From assembly GCA_038150265.1 (NCBI GenBank), contig JAYOTF010000024.1, positions 1 to 50,147 of the forward strand: 50,147 nt of DNA, given 5' to 3'. How positions within the stretch are numbered: position 1 is the first letter of the stretch; each line of letters opens with the position of its first letter. This DNA is from Deltaproteobacteria bacterium. Its GTDB lineage: Bacteria > SAR324 > NAC60-12. The notes below the pieces were generated by a model. It worked only from the letters and a program-made list of their open reading frames with translations, was not told the origin of the DNA and did no database searches. The translations under genes were made by a program, and so were the position numbers. This document shows, one piece after another, positions 18,942 through 28,209 of the stretch.

Positions 18942-19913
18942 TCATCCGGGGGTGTACACGCGTTTCGCCTCCGGATCATCCAGGTCGGCCGGAATCAGGC
19001 GCAGCTCCTCCCACAGCGCCTCGGGAATCTCCTGAGACGCCCATTCCAGAGTCGACTCGATGTGCCGGGTTGAGCCGACGCCACAGATCGTCGACCCGAC
19101 CCGCTCATCGCGCATGGAAAACTGCAGCGCCGCCGCGCCCAGCGGAACGCCGTAGCGCTCACACACGGCCTCTCGGGCCACCAGCCCTTCCCGGAGCTCA
19201 TCGGTCATTTCCATGTAGGTGTAGCGCGATGCGGCCTGCGAGCCCTTTGCCAACGCGCCACTGCTGAAGGGGGCGGCGTTGAGGACCACGGTTCCCTTGC
19301 TCACCGCCAGGTCGATCATCTCCTCCGCATTCCGGTTCATCAGGGTGAAGCGGTTGTGGGTGATGAGCGCGTCGAAGTCCCACTCCTTCAAAATGGGGAT
19401 CATCACCTCAACCTTCCCCGCTGCCAGTCCCACCGCCTGAATCAGCCCGTCGGCCTTGAGCTGAAACAGCGTCTCCAGCGCCCCGCCCGATCCGGTGACA
19501 TCGCTCAGGTCGGATGCGTACTCCGGATCATGGAGGTGAACCAGCTGGAGGGTTTCCAGTCCCAGCGCCTCTCGGCTTTCCTCAAACGAAGCTCGCGCCC
19601 GCTCTCCGTCAAACCGGTTGGTGTCCATGTCGCGGTCCAGCTTGGTCGAAATCACAAACCCTTCTGGCAGGCCGCCGAGTTCCTGAAGCGCCTTGCCAAT
19701 CCGAGCCTCGCTCTCTCCCATCCCGTAGTTCCGGGAAGTGTCCAGGAAGTTGACCGGCCCCGTCATGATCTGCTTGAGCGTCTCAATCGCATCTGCCTCT
19801 GCGACCGAGTACCCGTAGGTTCCGGGCATGTTCCCCAGCGCCGTGGTGCCAAAGCACAGGGGGGTGACTTCCAGTCCCGTCTGGCGGATGGTGATTTTTT
19901 GCTTCCAGTTCAT
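18942..19913 (-). CDS. Aldo/keto reductase, D-threo-aldose (L-fucose/L-galactose) 1-dehydrogenase-like
   Basis: TGLEVTPLCFGT, FLDTSRNYG, ISTK, VHLHDPE, PLGAAALQF; start likely ATG 19913 (or 19940) rather than 19991. Confidence 0.85.
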   Translation of the reverse strand: MNWKQKITIRQTGLEVTPLCFGTTALGNMPGTYGYSVAEADAIETLKQIMTGPVNFLDTSRNYGMGESEARIGKALQELGGLPEGFVISTKLDRDMDTNRFDGERARASFEESREALGLETLQLVHLHDPEYASDLSDVTGSGGALETLFQLKADGLIQAVGLAAGKVEVMIPILKEWDFDALITHNRFTLMNRNAEEMIDLAVSKGTVVLNAAPFSSGALAKGSQAASRYTYMEMTDELREGLVAREAVCERYGVPLGAAALQFSMRDERVGSTICGVGSTRHIESTLEWASQEIPEALWEELRLIPADLDDPEAKRVYTPG

Positions 19914-20118
19914 TCCGTACTCCACGAGTTCAGGTTGCATCAAGTGCCCAAATCGTAGCGGGAAAAAGGGGGGATTCCAATTTTTTTCCAAGCCAATTCA
20001 CCCGTTTTTTCATTTTGAGTTTGATCTTGAGGCCAAACCGCTGCACAAATTTTTGACAAATGATCCTTGCCGCTGGCAATGGTCAACTCGTTCACTTGTC
20101 CATCATTGGGGGAAAATC

Positions 20119-21624
20119 ATGGCAGCCACCTACCTGATCGGAGTCGACGGAGGAACCGAGGGCTTGCGGGCCGGAGTCTTTGACCTTCAGGGGAAGCCCC
20201 TTGCCTTTGCCGCGACGCCGTACGCCACTCAGTTTCCGCAGCCCAGCTGGGCGGAGCAGAACCCGCAGGACTGGTGGAACGCCCTCGGACAGTCGGTGCG
20301 TCAGGCTGTTCAAGAAGCCGGCATCACGCCTGAGCAGGTCTCCGGGATTGCCGTGGACACCACCTGCTGCAGCGTGGTGGCGCTTGACGAAGCAGGCCAA
20401 CCGCTCCGTCCGGCCCTGATCTGGATGGACGTCCGGAGCGCCCCGCAGACCCGGACCATCCTGGCGACACAGGACCCGGCGCTGCGCATCAACGGCAACG
20501 GCCAGGGTCCGGTTTCTGCCGAGTGGATGATCCCGAAAGCCCTGTGGCTCCAGGAGAATGAGCCGGAGGTCTTTGAGCAGGCAGCGACCGTCTGTGAATA
20601 CCAGGACTACCTCAACCTGCACCTCACCGGTCGGCGGGTGGCCAGCATCAACAACGTCTCCGCTCGCTGGCATTACGACTCCACCCGCGGGGGCTACCAG
20701 GCGTCTCTGCTGAAGGCACTTGGGCTCGACGCCCTCCTCGAAAAGTGGCCCCAGGAAGTGGTGGCCCTCGGCGAGGTCATCGGGGGCCTGACCGCTTCTG
20801 CCGCGAGTCACCTGGGACTTCCGGAAGGGCTCCCTGTCATTCAGGCGGGCGCCGATGCGTTCATTGGCATGGTCGGACTCGGTGTGGTGCGGCCCGGAAG
20901 CCTGGCCTTCATCACGGGCTCCTCGCACCTGCACCTCGGGCTCAGCCCAACGGAGTTCAATGGCGAAGGCATCTGGGGCACGTATCCGGACAACCTCATC
21001 CCCGGCCTCTTCACCGTTGAGGGAGGCCAGACCTCCACAGGCTCCGTCATCAACTGGCTCAAGAAGCTCTTCGGCGAAGGGGTCACCTACGACCAGCTCA
21101 ACGAAGCCGCCCGGAAGCTTCCTCCTGGCTCGGAGGGAGTGGTGGTGCAAGAGCACTTTCAGGGCAACCGGACCCCGCACACCGATCCGCTCTCTCGGGG
21201 TGCCGTCACGGGTCTGACGCTCAAGCACGAGCCCGCTCACCTCTTCCGGGCCGCCATTGAAGGCGTCGCGTTTGGCAGTGAGCTGATCCTCGAGACCATG
21301 CGGCACAACGGCTTCCAGCCTGAGACCCTCGTGGTGGCCGGAGGAGCCACGCGTTCCGAGTTGTGGCTGCAAATTCACGCGGATGTGTCCAACCTCCCCT
21401 TCACGCTGACAGAGGTCGCCGACGCGCCTGCGCTGGGCTGCGCGATTCTCGCGGCTGTTGGAGCCGGACACTACCCGGACATCCCGACCGCCGCTGAGGC
21501 GATGGTCCACATCACACGGGTGGTCGAGCCCAACCCTGAGACCCATGAGGCGTACCGTCCGTTTTATGAGGCCTACCGGAACCTCTACCGTCCACTCCGG
21601 GAAGCCCGGGAAGCCCTGGACTGA
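20119..21624 (+). CDS. FGGY-family pentulose/carbohydrate kinase (ribulokinase-like)
   Basis: IGVDGGTEG, WAEQNPQDWW, DTTCCSVV, WMDVRS, EGGQTSTG, FQGNRTP, GGATRSELWLQIHADV; SD GGGGGA before ATG 20119. Confidence 0.92.
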   Translation: MAATYLIGVDGGTEGLRAGVFDLQGKPLAFAATPYATQFPQPSWAEQNPQDWWNALGQSVRQAVQEAGITPEQVSGIAVDTTCCSVVALDEAGQPLRPALIWMDVRSAPQTRTILATQDPALRINGNGQGPVSAEWMIPKALWLQENEPEVFEQAATVCEYQDYLNLHLTGRRVASINNVSARWHYDSTRGGYQASLLKALGLDALLEKWPQEVVALGEVIGGLTASAASHLGLPEGLPVIQAGADAFIGMVGLGVVRPGSLAFITGSSHLHLGLSPTEFNGEGIWGTYPDNLIPGLFTVEGGQTSTGSVINWLKKLFGEGVTYDQLNEAARKLPPGSEGVVVQEHFQGNRTPHTDPLSRGAVTGLTLKHEPAHLFRAAIEGVAFGSELILETMRHNGFQPETLVVAGGATRSELWLQIHADVSNLPFTLTEVADAPALGCAILAAVGAGHYPDIPTAAEAMVHITRVVEPNPETHEAYRPFYEAYRNLYRPLREAREALD

Positions 21625-21678
21625 AGCGCCGGACGCCTGAACTTCCGCATCCACTTTTTGACTGAAGGAATCACGAAC

Positions 21679-22638
21679 ATGCCGTTACCCTGCCCTGCAT
21701 TTGCCTCTCGCCTGAACTCCATGAAGGCCCGCCCCGAACTCTGGGAAGGCGACTCCTCGGTCCTTGGCTGGGTGGCTCGTCAGGGAACCATCCAGGGGCT
21801 GGAGTTGGTGGACTTCAACTGTCCGGAACACCTGGGAGGCCTGGAGGTCGCGGCAGTGCGAGAAGCCCTGGAGCAGGCCCAGCTTGGGGCCGGGGCCGTC
21901 TGCCTGCGCTATCCTGCGACGTTTGGGCTGGGCGCGTTCACGCATCCGGAAGCCTCCATGCGTCGTGACGCCATTGACCTGACCCTTGAAGCAGGAGAAT
22001 GGGCCCGTGCCCTTGGAGCATCGGAGCTGGTCATCTGGTCTGCGCACGACGGCTACGACTACAGCCTGCAGGTCGATTACCCGCGCATCTGGAAAAACGT
22101 CGTGGACGCCTTCCAGGAGATCTGTGACGCCTTCCCGGACCTGAAGGTTTCCCTTGAGCCCAAGCCCACGGAACCGCGACGGTTCTTCATCCACAACACC
22201 ACCGGCGCCGCGATGCTGATGGTTCAGCAGATTGAGCGCGACAACATGGGCCTGACCCTTGACTTTGGGCACTGCCTGATGGCCGCAGAGAACCCCGCTC
22301 AATCGGCCGCCCTCGTGGGCGCTCACGGCAAGCTGTTCGGGGTCCAGATGAACGACGGCTTCGTCCGCCCGGGTTGTGAAGACGGCCTCATGCTGGGCTC
22401 CGTTCACCCGCTCATGACGCTCGAGTTCATCGTCTGGCTCCAGCGCACTCAGTACCAGGGGCACATCTACTTCGACACCTTTCCCAAAAACGAGGACCCG
22501 GTTCGCGAGGCCGAGTACAACATCCGGCGCTTCCGGAAGCTCTGGGAGCAAGCGGAGAAGCTCCAGGCTGCCGGACTGGAGGAGCTGCTGGCTCAGCATG
22601 ACGTCCTCCGGGTGTTGGAAACGCTGGAGACCCTATGA
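21679..22638 (+). CDS. Xylose-isomerase-like TIM-barrel sugar isomerase, resembling D-apiose isomerase (ApsI)
   Basis: FASRLNS N-terminus, GAFTHP, DGYDY, EPKPTEPR, LDFGH, NDG, DGLMLGS, YFDTFP, DPVREAE; ApsI resemblance is from recall of that family. Confidence 0.8.
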   Translation: MPLPCPAFASRLNSMKARPELWEGDSSVLGWVARQGTIQGLELVDFNCPEHLGGLEVAAVREALEQAQLGAGAVCLRYPATFGLGAFTHPEASMRRDAIDLTLEAGEWARALGASELVIWSAHDGYDYSLQVDYPRIWKNVVDAFQEICDAFPDLKVSLEPKPTEPRRFFIHNTTGAAMLMVQQIERDNMGLTLDFGHCLMAAENPAQSAALVGAHGKLFGVQMNDGFVRPGCEDGLMLGSVHPLMTLEFIVWLQRTQYQGHIYFDTFPKNEDPVREAEYNIRRFRKLWEQAEKLQAAGLEELLAQHDVLRVLETLETL

Positions 22639-23543
22639 GCCGAAAGGGCGTGCTGGTGGTGGGCGCTGCCAACCTCGACCGCATGGCCTACCTGGAGCAG
22701 CTCCCGGAAGTCGGCGCCACCTTGCTGGCCGACCGGTACGAGGAGCATCCCGGTGGGAAGGGGTCGAACCAGGCGGTCGCTGCAGCCCTGTGGGAGGCCC
22801 CCACCTGGTTTGTCGGACGCATTGGGCCGGATGAGCCTGGAGCCGTGATGCGGCAGGCCATGGAACACGCCGGCGTGCGGCTGGAGTTCCTGCAGGAAGA
22901 CCCGGCGGGAACCGGACTGGCCATGGACTTTGTGGACCAACACGGGCAGTATCAGGCGGTTGTTGCCCTCCGGGCCAACGCTTGCCTGAGCCCGGAAGAC
23001 ATCCCACAGGCCCCCGAGTTCTGGGAGCAGATCGGCATGCTGGTCCTGCAGCTGGAGTCTCCTCTTGAGGCCATTGAGGCGGCAGGACGGCAGGCGCAGG
23101 CGCAGGGAGTCCCGGTGCTGCTGAACGCGGCTCCCGTCCAGTCCATTCCGGATTCGTGGTGGCCGTGGATCGACTTCCTGGTGGTCAACGAAACAGAGGC
23201 CTCGGTGCTCTCCGGGGTGTCGGTTCAGGATGCCGCCACGGCCGAGCAAGCACTGGAGGTGCTTCAAAGCCAAGCCCGCACCGTGTTGCTCACCCTGGGA
23301 GCAGCAGGCGTTCTCATTGCGCAGGGACCCGAACGCCACGCCCTCCCCGGACACGCCGTGGAGGTTGTGAGCACCCTCGGAGCCGGAGATGCCTTTGTCG
23401 GCGTCTTTGCGGCCGAATGGTCGGAGCACCAGCACCTTCTCCATGCCGCCCAGGTGGCCAACCGTGCCGCCGCAGCGAGCGTCCGTCGTTCGGGCGCTCA
23501 GGTTTCCTACATCCGTCGCCATGAACTGACAGGAGGATCATGA
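22635..23543 (+). CDS. rbsK: PfkB-family ribokinase-like kinase
   Basis: PGGKGSNQAVAA, LQLESP, LNAAP, VNETEA, TLGAAG, GAGDAF; ATGA overlaps on both sides. Confidence 0.85.
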   Translation: MSRKGVLVVGAANLDRMAYLEQLPEVGATLLADRYEEHPGGKGSNQAVAAALWEAPTWFVGRIGPDEPGAVMRQAMEHAGVRLEFLQEDPAGTGLAMDFVDQHGQYQAVVALRANACLSPEDIPQAPEFWEQIGMLVLQLESPLEAIEAAGRQAQAQGVPVLLNAAPVQSIPDSWWPWIDFLVVNETEASVLSGVSVQDAATAEQALEVLQSQARTVLLTLGAAGVLIAQGPERHALPGHAVEVVSTLGAGDAFVGVFAAEWSEHQHLLHAAQVANRAAAASVRRSGAQVSYIRRHELTGGS

Positions 23544-24568
23544 GCCTAGAGACCCACCAGCACTTCTTTCGGCAGCTGCTGCGCATCCGGACGTTCGAGG
23601 AACGCGTCGGCGAGCTGTTTGTCCGAGGCGGCACCGCCGGCTCCATGCTCCACCTCTCCATTGGAGAAGAGTCCGGAGCCGTTGGCGTCGGGGAGGCGAT
23701 GCAGCCCGGAGACAGCTTCACGACTCACCACCGGGGGCACGGCATCTTCCTCGCCCGGGGCGCCGACCCCAGGCGCATGATGGCGGAAATTGGAGGCAAG
23801 CTGACGGGCTACTGCCGCGGCAAGGGTGGGTCCATGCACATCGCGGACATGGGCCTCGGGCACCTCGGAGCCAATGCCATTGTTGGTGGCGGCATCACCC
23901 ATGTGGTCGGAGCCGGGCTTTCGTACCGGAATCTTCAAACCGGAGGCGTCGCCGTGGCGTTCTTTGGAGACGGCGCCATGCAGCAGGGGGGCTTCTATGA
24001 GAGCATGAACCTCACCGCCCTCTGGAAGCTTCCGGTGCTGTTTGTCTGCATCAATAACGAATACGGCATGGGCACCCGTCTGGACCGAGCCAGCGCGTCC
24101 CTTGAGTTTGTCAAGCGGGCCGAAACCTTCGGGCTCGTCGCCTCGGAGGTCGATGGACTCGATGCGGAAGTGGTCCATGACCGCGCTCAGGAGCTGCTGG
24201 AGCAGGTCCGGAAGGGGCAACCCGCGTTTCTCAAGGTGAACTGCTACCGCTTCCACGGCCATGCCCGCATGGACAAAAGCCCCTACCGTGACGACGCGGA
24301 AGAAGCCGCCGGACGGCAGAAGGACTGCCTCGCCTTTCAGCGCAAGCGCCTGATCGACACCGGAATGACAGAGGCCGACTGCGACCAGATCGTCACCGAG
24401 GTGAATCAGGAAATGGACGCGGCGCTGCAGTACGCCCTCGACGCGCCGCCGCCGCCGCTTGATACGATTTATGAAGACGTCTACGCCCCCGGGCAGCCCC
24501 AGCCTGAGCCTGTGGATCAGCGCCTCCGGGACGCCCTGCATTCGCCCATTTTGTCTGGGAGAGCCTAA
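23540..24568 (+). CDS. acoA: TPP-dependent dehydrogenase E1 alpha subunit (acetoin dehydrogenase AcoA-like)
   Basis: IRTFEE, HLSIGEE, HRGHG, GKGGSMH, GANAIVG, FFGDGA..NN TPP motif, YRFHGH. Confidence 0.88.
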   Translation: MSLETHQHFFRQLLRIRTFEERVGELFVRGGTAGSMLHLSIGEESGAVGVGEAMQPGDSFTTHHRGHGIFLARGADPRRMMAEIGGKLTGYCRGKGGSMHIADMGLGHLGANAIVGGGITHVVGAGLSYRNLQTGGVAVAFFGDGAMQQGGFYESMNLTALWKLPVLFVCINNEYGMGTRLDRASASLEFVKRAETFGLVASEVDGLDAEVVHDRAQELLEQVRKGQPAFLKVNCYRFHGHARMDKSPYRDDAEEAAGRQKDCLAFQRKRLIDTGMTEADCDQIVTEVNQEMDAALQYALDAPPPPLDTIYEDVYAPGQPQPEPVDQRLRDALHSPILSGRA

Positions 24569-25539
24569 TGGAAACCACGTACCGCGAAGCCCTGCGACTG
24601 GCTCTGCAGGAGTCGATGCAAGCCGACCCCTCCATCATCCTCATGGGAGAAGAGGTCGGTCGTTACGGAGGAGCCTATGGCGTCTCCAAGGGGCTGCTGG
24701 AAGAGTTCGGCGAGGCCCGGGTGATTGACACGCCCATTTCGGAAGAAGCCATTGTCGGCACCGCTGTGGGCGCCGCCATGACCGGACTCCGCCCTGTTGC
24801 CGAGCTGATGTATGTGGACTTCGTCACCCTCTCCATGGACCAGGTGGTGAACCAGGCGGCCAAGATCCGCTACATGTTTGGCGGCCAGATCGGCGTCCCC
24901 ATGATCCTCCGCTCTCAGGGAGGAACCGGACGGTCGGGCGCAGCCCAGCATTCCCAGAGCCTCGAAGCGTGGTTCCTGCACACCCCCGGACTGCACGTGG
25001 CCATGCCCGCCACCGTGACCGACGCCTATGTGCTGCTCAAGCACGCCCTGACGCTTCCAGATCCGGTGGTGTTCCTGGAGCACAAGTCGCTCTACGTTCA
25101 GAAGGGAGAACTGACCCCAGACCAGGCCCCACCGTGGGGCAAGGCGCAGGTGCTGCGCTCCGGAACCGACTTCACCCTGGTCACTTACTCCCGGATGGTC
25201 CATCGGGCGCTGGAAGCCGCCGAGCAGCTTGCGGCCGCAGGCATCTCTACTGAGGTCATTGACCTCCGGACCCTGCATCCGCTCGACATGGAGACCGTCA
25301 ACGCCTCCGTTTCCCGAACCGGCCGCGCCTTGATTGTCACCGAAGACTGCCTCACCGGAGGCGTCAGCGCCGAACTCGCGGCACGCATCACAGAGGGCTC
25401 CTTCGACTTCCTCGAAGAACCCGTGCTGCGCCTCGCCGGAGAAGACATCCCCATTCCAGTCGCTGCCGAACTGGAAGCCGCCTCCGTTCCCAGCACCGAA
25501 CGGATTGTCAAAGCCGGACACCTCCTCCTGCGTCGGTAA
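24568..25539 (+). CDS. acoB: TPP-dependent dehydrogenase E1 beta subunit (AcoB-like)
   Basis: DTPISE, GLRPVAE, NQAAKIRYMFGGQ, AAQHSQSLE, DPVVFLEHK, EVIDLRTL. Confidence 0.9.
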   Translation: METTYREALRLALQESMQADPSIILMGEEVGRYGGAYGVSKGLLEEFGEARVIDTPISEEAIVGTAVGAAMTGLRPVAELMYVDFVTLSMDQVVNQAAKIRYMFGGQIGVPMILRSQGGTGRSGAAQHSQSLEAWFLHTPGLHVAMPATVTDAYVLLKHALTLPDPVVFLEHKSLYVQKGELTPDQAPPWGKAQVLRSGTDFTLVTYSRMVHRALEAAEQLAAAGISTEVIDLRTLHPLDMETVNASVSRTGRALIVTEDCLTGGVSAELAARITEGSFDFLEEPVLRLAGEDIPIPVAAELEAASVPSTERIVKAGHLLLRR

Positions 25540-25542
25540 GCC

Positions 25543-26820
25543 ATGGAAAAGATCCTCACCCTCCCGCGGATGGGAGAAACCATGGAGCAGGGCACCGTGA
25601 TTTCATGGAACCTGAAACCGGGCGAGTCTTATGCTCGAGGCGACACGCTGCTGGAGTTGGAGACCGACAAGATGATCGCCGAGGTGCCTGCGCTCGAAGA
25701 GGGGACCCTGCTGGAGATCCTGGCACCGGAACACAGCGAGGTGGCGATTGGCGAACCCCTCGCCCGGGTTGAGGTCGCTGGAGACGCGGCTGCGGAAGAA
25801 GCCCCTCCTGCGGCCGTTCCGGAGCCCTCCTCGGCGTCGGTTTCCAGCACTCCTGCCCCACCGGCTCCGGAAGCTCCGGCGCCCCTCGCTGCTCCGGGAA
25901 GGGTCCGGGCCACCCCTGCCGCCCGGCGCCTGGCCCAGCAACAGGGGCTGGACCTGACCACGCTCACCGGCTCCGGACCGCTCGGGCGCATTGAAAAACG
26001 TGACCTCTCCGCAGCAGTCCCAGCAGCGACCAGCAGCGAGTTGACGTTTTGGCTTCCGGTTGGGTCGAGTCGGATCCGGGTCTTCCGACGAGGCCACGGC
26101 GCTGTGCCCGTGCTCTTTCTGCATGGGTTTGCCGGAGACCTGTTTGCCTTCCGGTACCAACTGGTGCAGTTGGCCCGGGAAACCGAGGTCATTGCCGTGG
26201 ACTTGCCCGGACACGGTGGCTCACCAGCGCTCCCCGGAGCCCCGGGCGTGGAGGCCTTTTCCCGGTTTCTCGACCAGGTGCTTCCCGCACTGGACGTGGG
26301 GCGTGTGCACCTCGTTGGGCACTCCATGGGAGGAGGCATCGCCCTCGACTTTGCTGCCCGGAACCCGGCGCTCGTTGCCAGCCTCACGCTCGTTGCTCCG
26401 TTGGGGCTCGGTCCGGAGGTGAACGAAGAATTTGTCCAGCAGATCTCCACGGCGACCGAAGTCCGCACCCTCACTCCGGCGCTGCATCAGCTGTTTTACC
26501 AAGCGGCTCAGGTCAATGACACCCTCCTGAACCCCTTGCTCGAACAGCGTCGGCGTCCGGACGCCACAGCTCCTCTGCAAGCGATTGCCCCGGCCCTTCA
26601 GGAAGGCGGTCGGCAGCGCTGGCAAGGACGGCACTTGCTGGATGGACTCCCGATGCCCACCAAGCTGATCTGGGGGCGCGAGGATCAAATCCTTCCCGTG
26701 ACACACGCCACCCAGGTTCCGGGGCTGGTGGGCACTCACCTCTTCTCGCGCTGTGGGCACCTCCCACAGGTGGAGGCGGCGCTTCCGGTGCTGCGCCTGC
26801 TCCGCGAGTTCACCTGCTAA
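25543..26820 (+). CDS. acoC: AcoC-type E2: lipoyl domain, E3-binding domain, alpha/beta-hydrolase domain
   Basis: Lipoyl site ETDKM, PSBD ATPAARRLA..GSGPLGRI, hydrolase LHGFAGD, DLPGHG, GHSMGG, WGREDQ, CGHLPQ. Confidence 0.85.
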   Translation: MEKILTLPRMGETMEQGTVISWNLKPGESYARGDTLLELETDKMIAEVPALEEGTLLEILAPEHSEVAIGEPLARVEVAGDAAAEEAPPAAVPEPSSASVSSTPAPPAPEAPAPLAAPGRVRATPAARRLAQQQGLDLTTLTGSGPLGRIEKRDLSAAVPAATSSELTFWLPVGSSRIRVFRRGHGAVPVLFLHGFAGDLFAFRYQLVQLARETEVIAVDLPGHGGSPALPGAPGVEAFSRFLDQVLPALDVGRVHLVGHSMGGGIALDFAARNPALVASLTLVAPLGLGPEVNEEFVQQISTATEVRTLTPALHQLFYQAAQVNDTLLNPLLEQRRRPDATAPLQAIAPALQEGGRQRWQGRHLLDGLPMPTKLIWGREDQILPVTHATQVPGLVGTHLFSRCGHLPQVEAALPVLRLLREFTC

Positions 26821-26828
26821 CGGAAATC

Positions 26829-27533
26829 ATGAGCTTACGCTACCTGAGCCACGTCCTGGGTCCGGACACCCCGCGTTACGGAAATGCCGGACTCTTTGAC
26901 CTGAAACGCGTTCGGTGCCTCGACTGCGGAGACACGTCCAACAACACGGACCTCTCCCTGGGCGCCCACACGGGCACTCACATTGACGCGCCCCTGCACT
27001 TTGATGCCTCCGGACGGTCGCTCGAGAGCTACCCTGCGGAGTTCTGGTGCTGCTCCAACCCGTGGCTGATCCGGAAGGCCGCTGCACCGGGCGAGATCCT
27101 CTCCCTGGAAAACTGGCAGCCTGAGTTGGAACAGATCCCCGAGGAGACGGACCTCCTGCTGGTCCAGACGGGATTCGAACAATTCCGCACCGATCCCCCG
27201 GAGGCGTCGCGGTACATCTTTGAAGGCCCAGGGTTCTCTCCGGAAATCGGCCTCTGGCTCCGGACACACCGACACCTGAAGATGATCGGGTTTGATTTCA
27301 TCTCATTGACCAGCTACACCAACCGGCCCCTCGGACGCCTTGCCCACCGGGCGTTTCTTGCAGAAGCTCCCGACGGCGCCTCGGCCAAACTGGCAGACCC
27401 CATCCTGATCATTGAAGACATGCACCTCGCCTCCTTGACGCAGGCCCCCCAGACGGTTTGGGTGGCGCCTGTGCGGTATGCACAAGCGGATGGCGCTCCG
27501 GTAACCGTTTTTGCTGACCTCCCAGACGCCTAA
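26829..27533 (+). CDS. Cyclase-family (kynurenine formamidase-like) metal hydrolase
   Basis: HTGTHIDAPLHF signature, GFDFIS, IIED, DGAPV. Confidence 0.88.
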   Translation: MSLRYLSHVLGPDTPRYGNAGLFDLKRVRCLDCGDTSNNTDLSLGAHTGTHIDAPLHFDASGRSLESYPAEFWCCSNPWLIRKAAAPGEILSLENWQPELEQIPEETDLLLVQTGFEQFRTDPPEASRYIFEGPGFSPEIGLWLRTHRHLKMIGFDFISLTSYTNRPLGRLAHRAFLAEAPDGASAKLADPILIIEDMHLASLTQAPQTVWVAPVRYAQADGAPVTVFADLPDA

Positions 27534-27774
27534 ACCATCGCCAAACGGTACTCAATCTGAAAAAATAAAAGCACCCATCTGCAACTATAGTTTTCATTCG
27601 CAGGGTTCAGAAAAAAACCGTTCGCAAACGCTCCTCACTTGGTCTATGCTTTCTGTGTTTTGGCAGGCCTCAGAGGCTTATCGGAAAATTCGGACTCTGA
27701 TCCAAACCGACTCCTGAGCTTTTTATTTATTGACCACAGGCTACTGATTTTTAAAAACTCCTTTGTCATATCTG

Positions 27775-28167
27775 ATGAACTTAAAGGCATTTGAGACACG
27801 TCTACGCGACCAAGGTGTTCCGCAGGCGTGCAAAGAAATTGGCTTGGATTTTCAAATCTTCCTGCAGGAGGAAGTCGCTCAAAGGTACGCGGATCATGAC
27901 TGGATTGTGCAACCGAATCCACAAGTCGGAACCGTCATCAATGCGGTCCCGCCATTGGACTTGACAGACGAGGTTCCCTGGGAAGAATGGTTCCACGCCA
28001 CAGATGGTTTTCATCATCATGTGCTGTACACCCGCTCCCATCCGGAGAGCACGGAAACGTGGCAAGGCCTCCCAGATGACCAGGACCATCCACCCGCCGT
28101 TTTGGGTCCGGTTTGGCATGTTTACAATGATACCGACCGCACCCCCATTTTGGTCCGGAACCGTTAA
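27775..28167 (+). CDS. Hypothetical protein (~130 aa)
   Basis: Longest ORF in the gap, co-oriented with neighbours, lower GC; His/Trp-rich C-terminal half (WEEWFH..GFHHHVLY). Confidence 0.6.
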   Translation: MNLKAFETRLRDQGVPQACKEIGLDFQIFLQEEVAQRYADHDWIVQPNPQVGTVINAVPPLDLTDEVPWEEWFHATDGFHHHVLYTRSHPESTETWQGLPDDQDHPPAVLGPVWHVYNDTDRTPILVRNR

Positions 28168-28209
28168 GGAACGGGCCCTTTATTTAGTCGAAATTCCAAG
28201 GAGGATCAC

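Noticed and set aside
19961..19989. GGAAAAA..TTTTTCC inverted repeat in the divergent promoter region
   Set aside because: Low-complexity arms; cannot distinguish from chance, although it could be an operator.
19828..20118. N-terminal extension of the FGGY kinase (598-aa ORF); likewise extensions at 35647 and 48002
   Set aside because: They overlap other genes or promoter DNA; family homology and SD or overlap signals start at 20119, 36160 and 48398.
23540..26820. Housekeeping pyruvate dehydrogenase complex
   Set aside because: E2 has an alpha/beta-hydrolase domain rather than the acyltransferase core, there is no lpdA, and the context is sugar catabolism.
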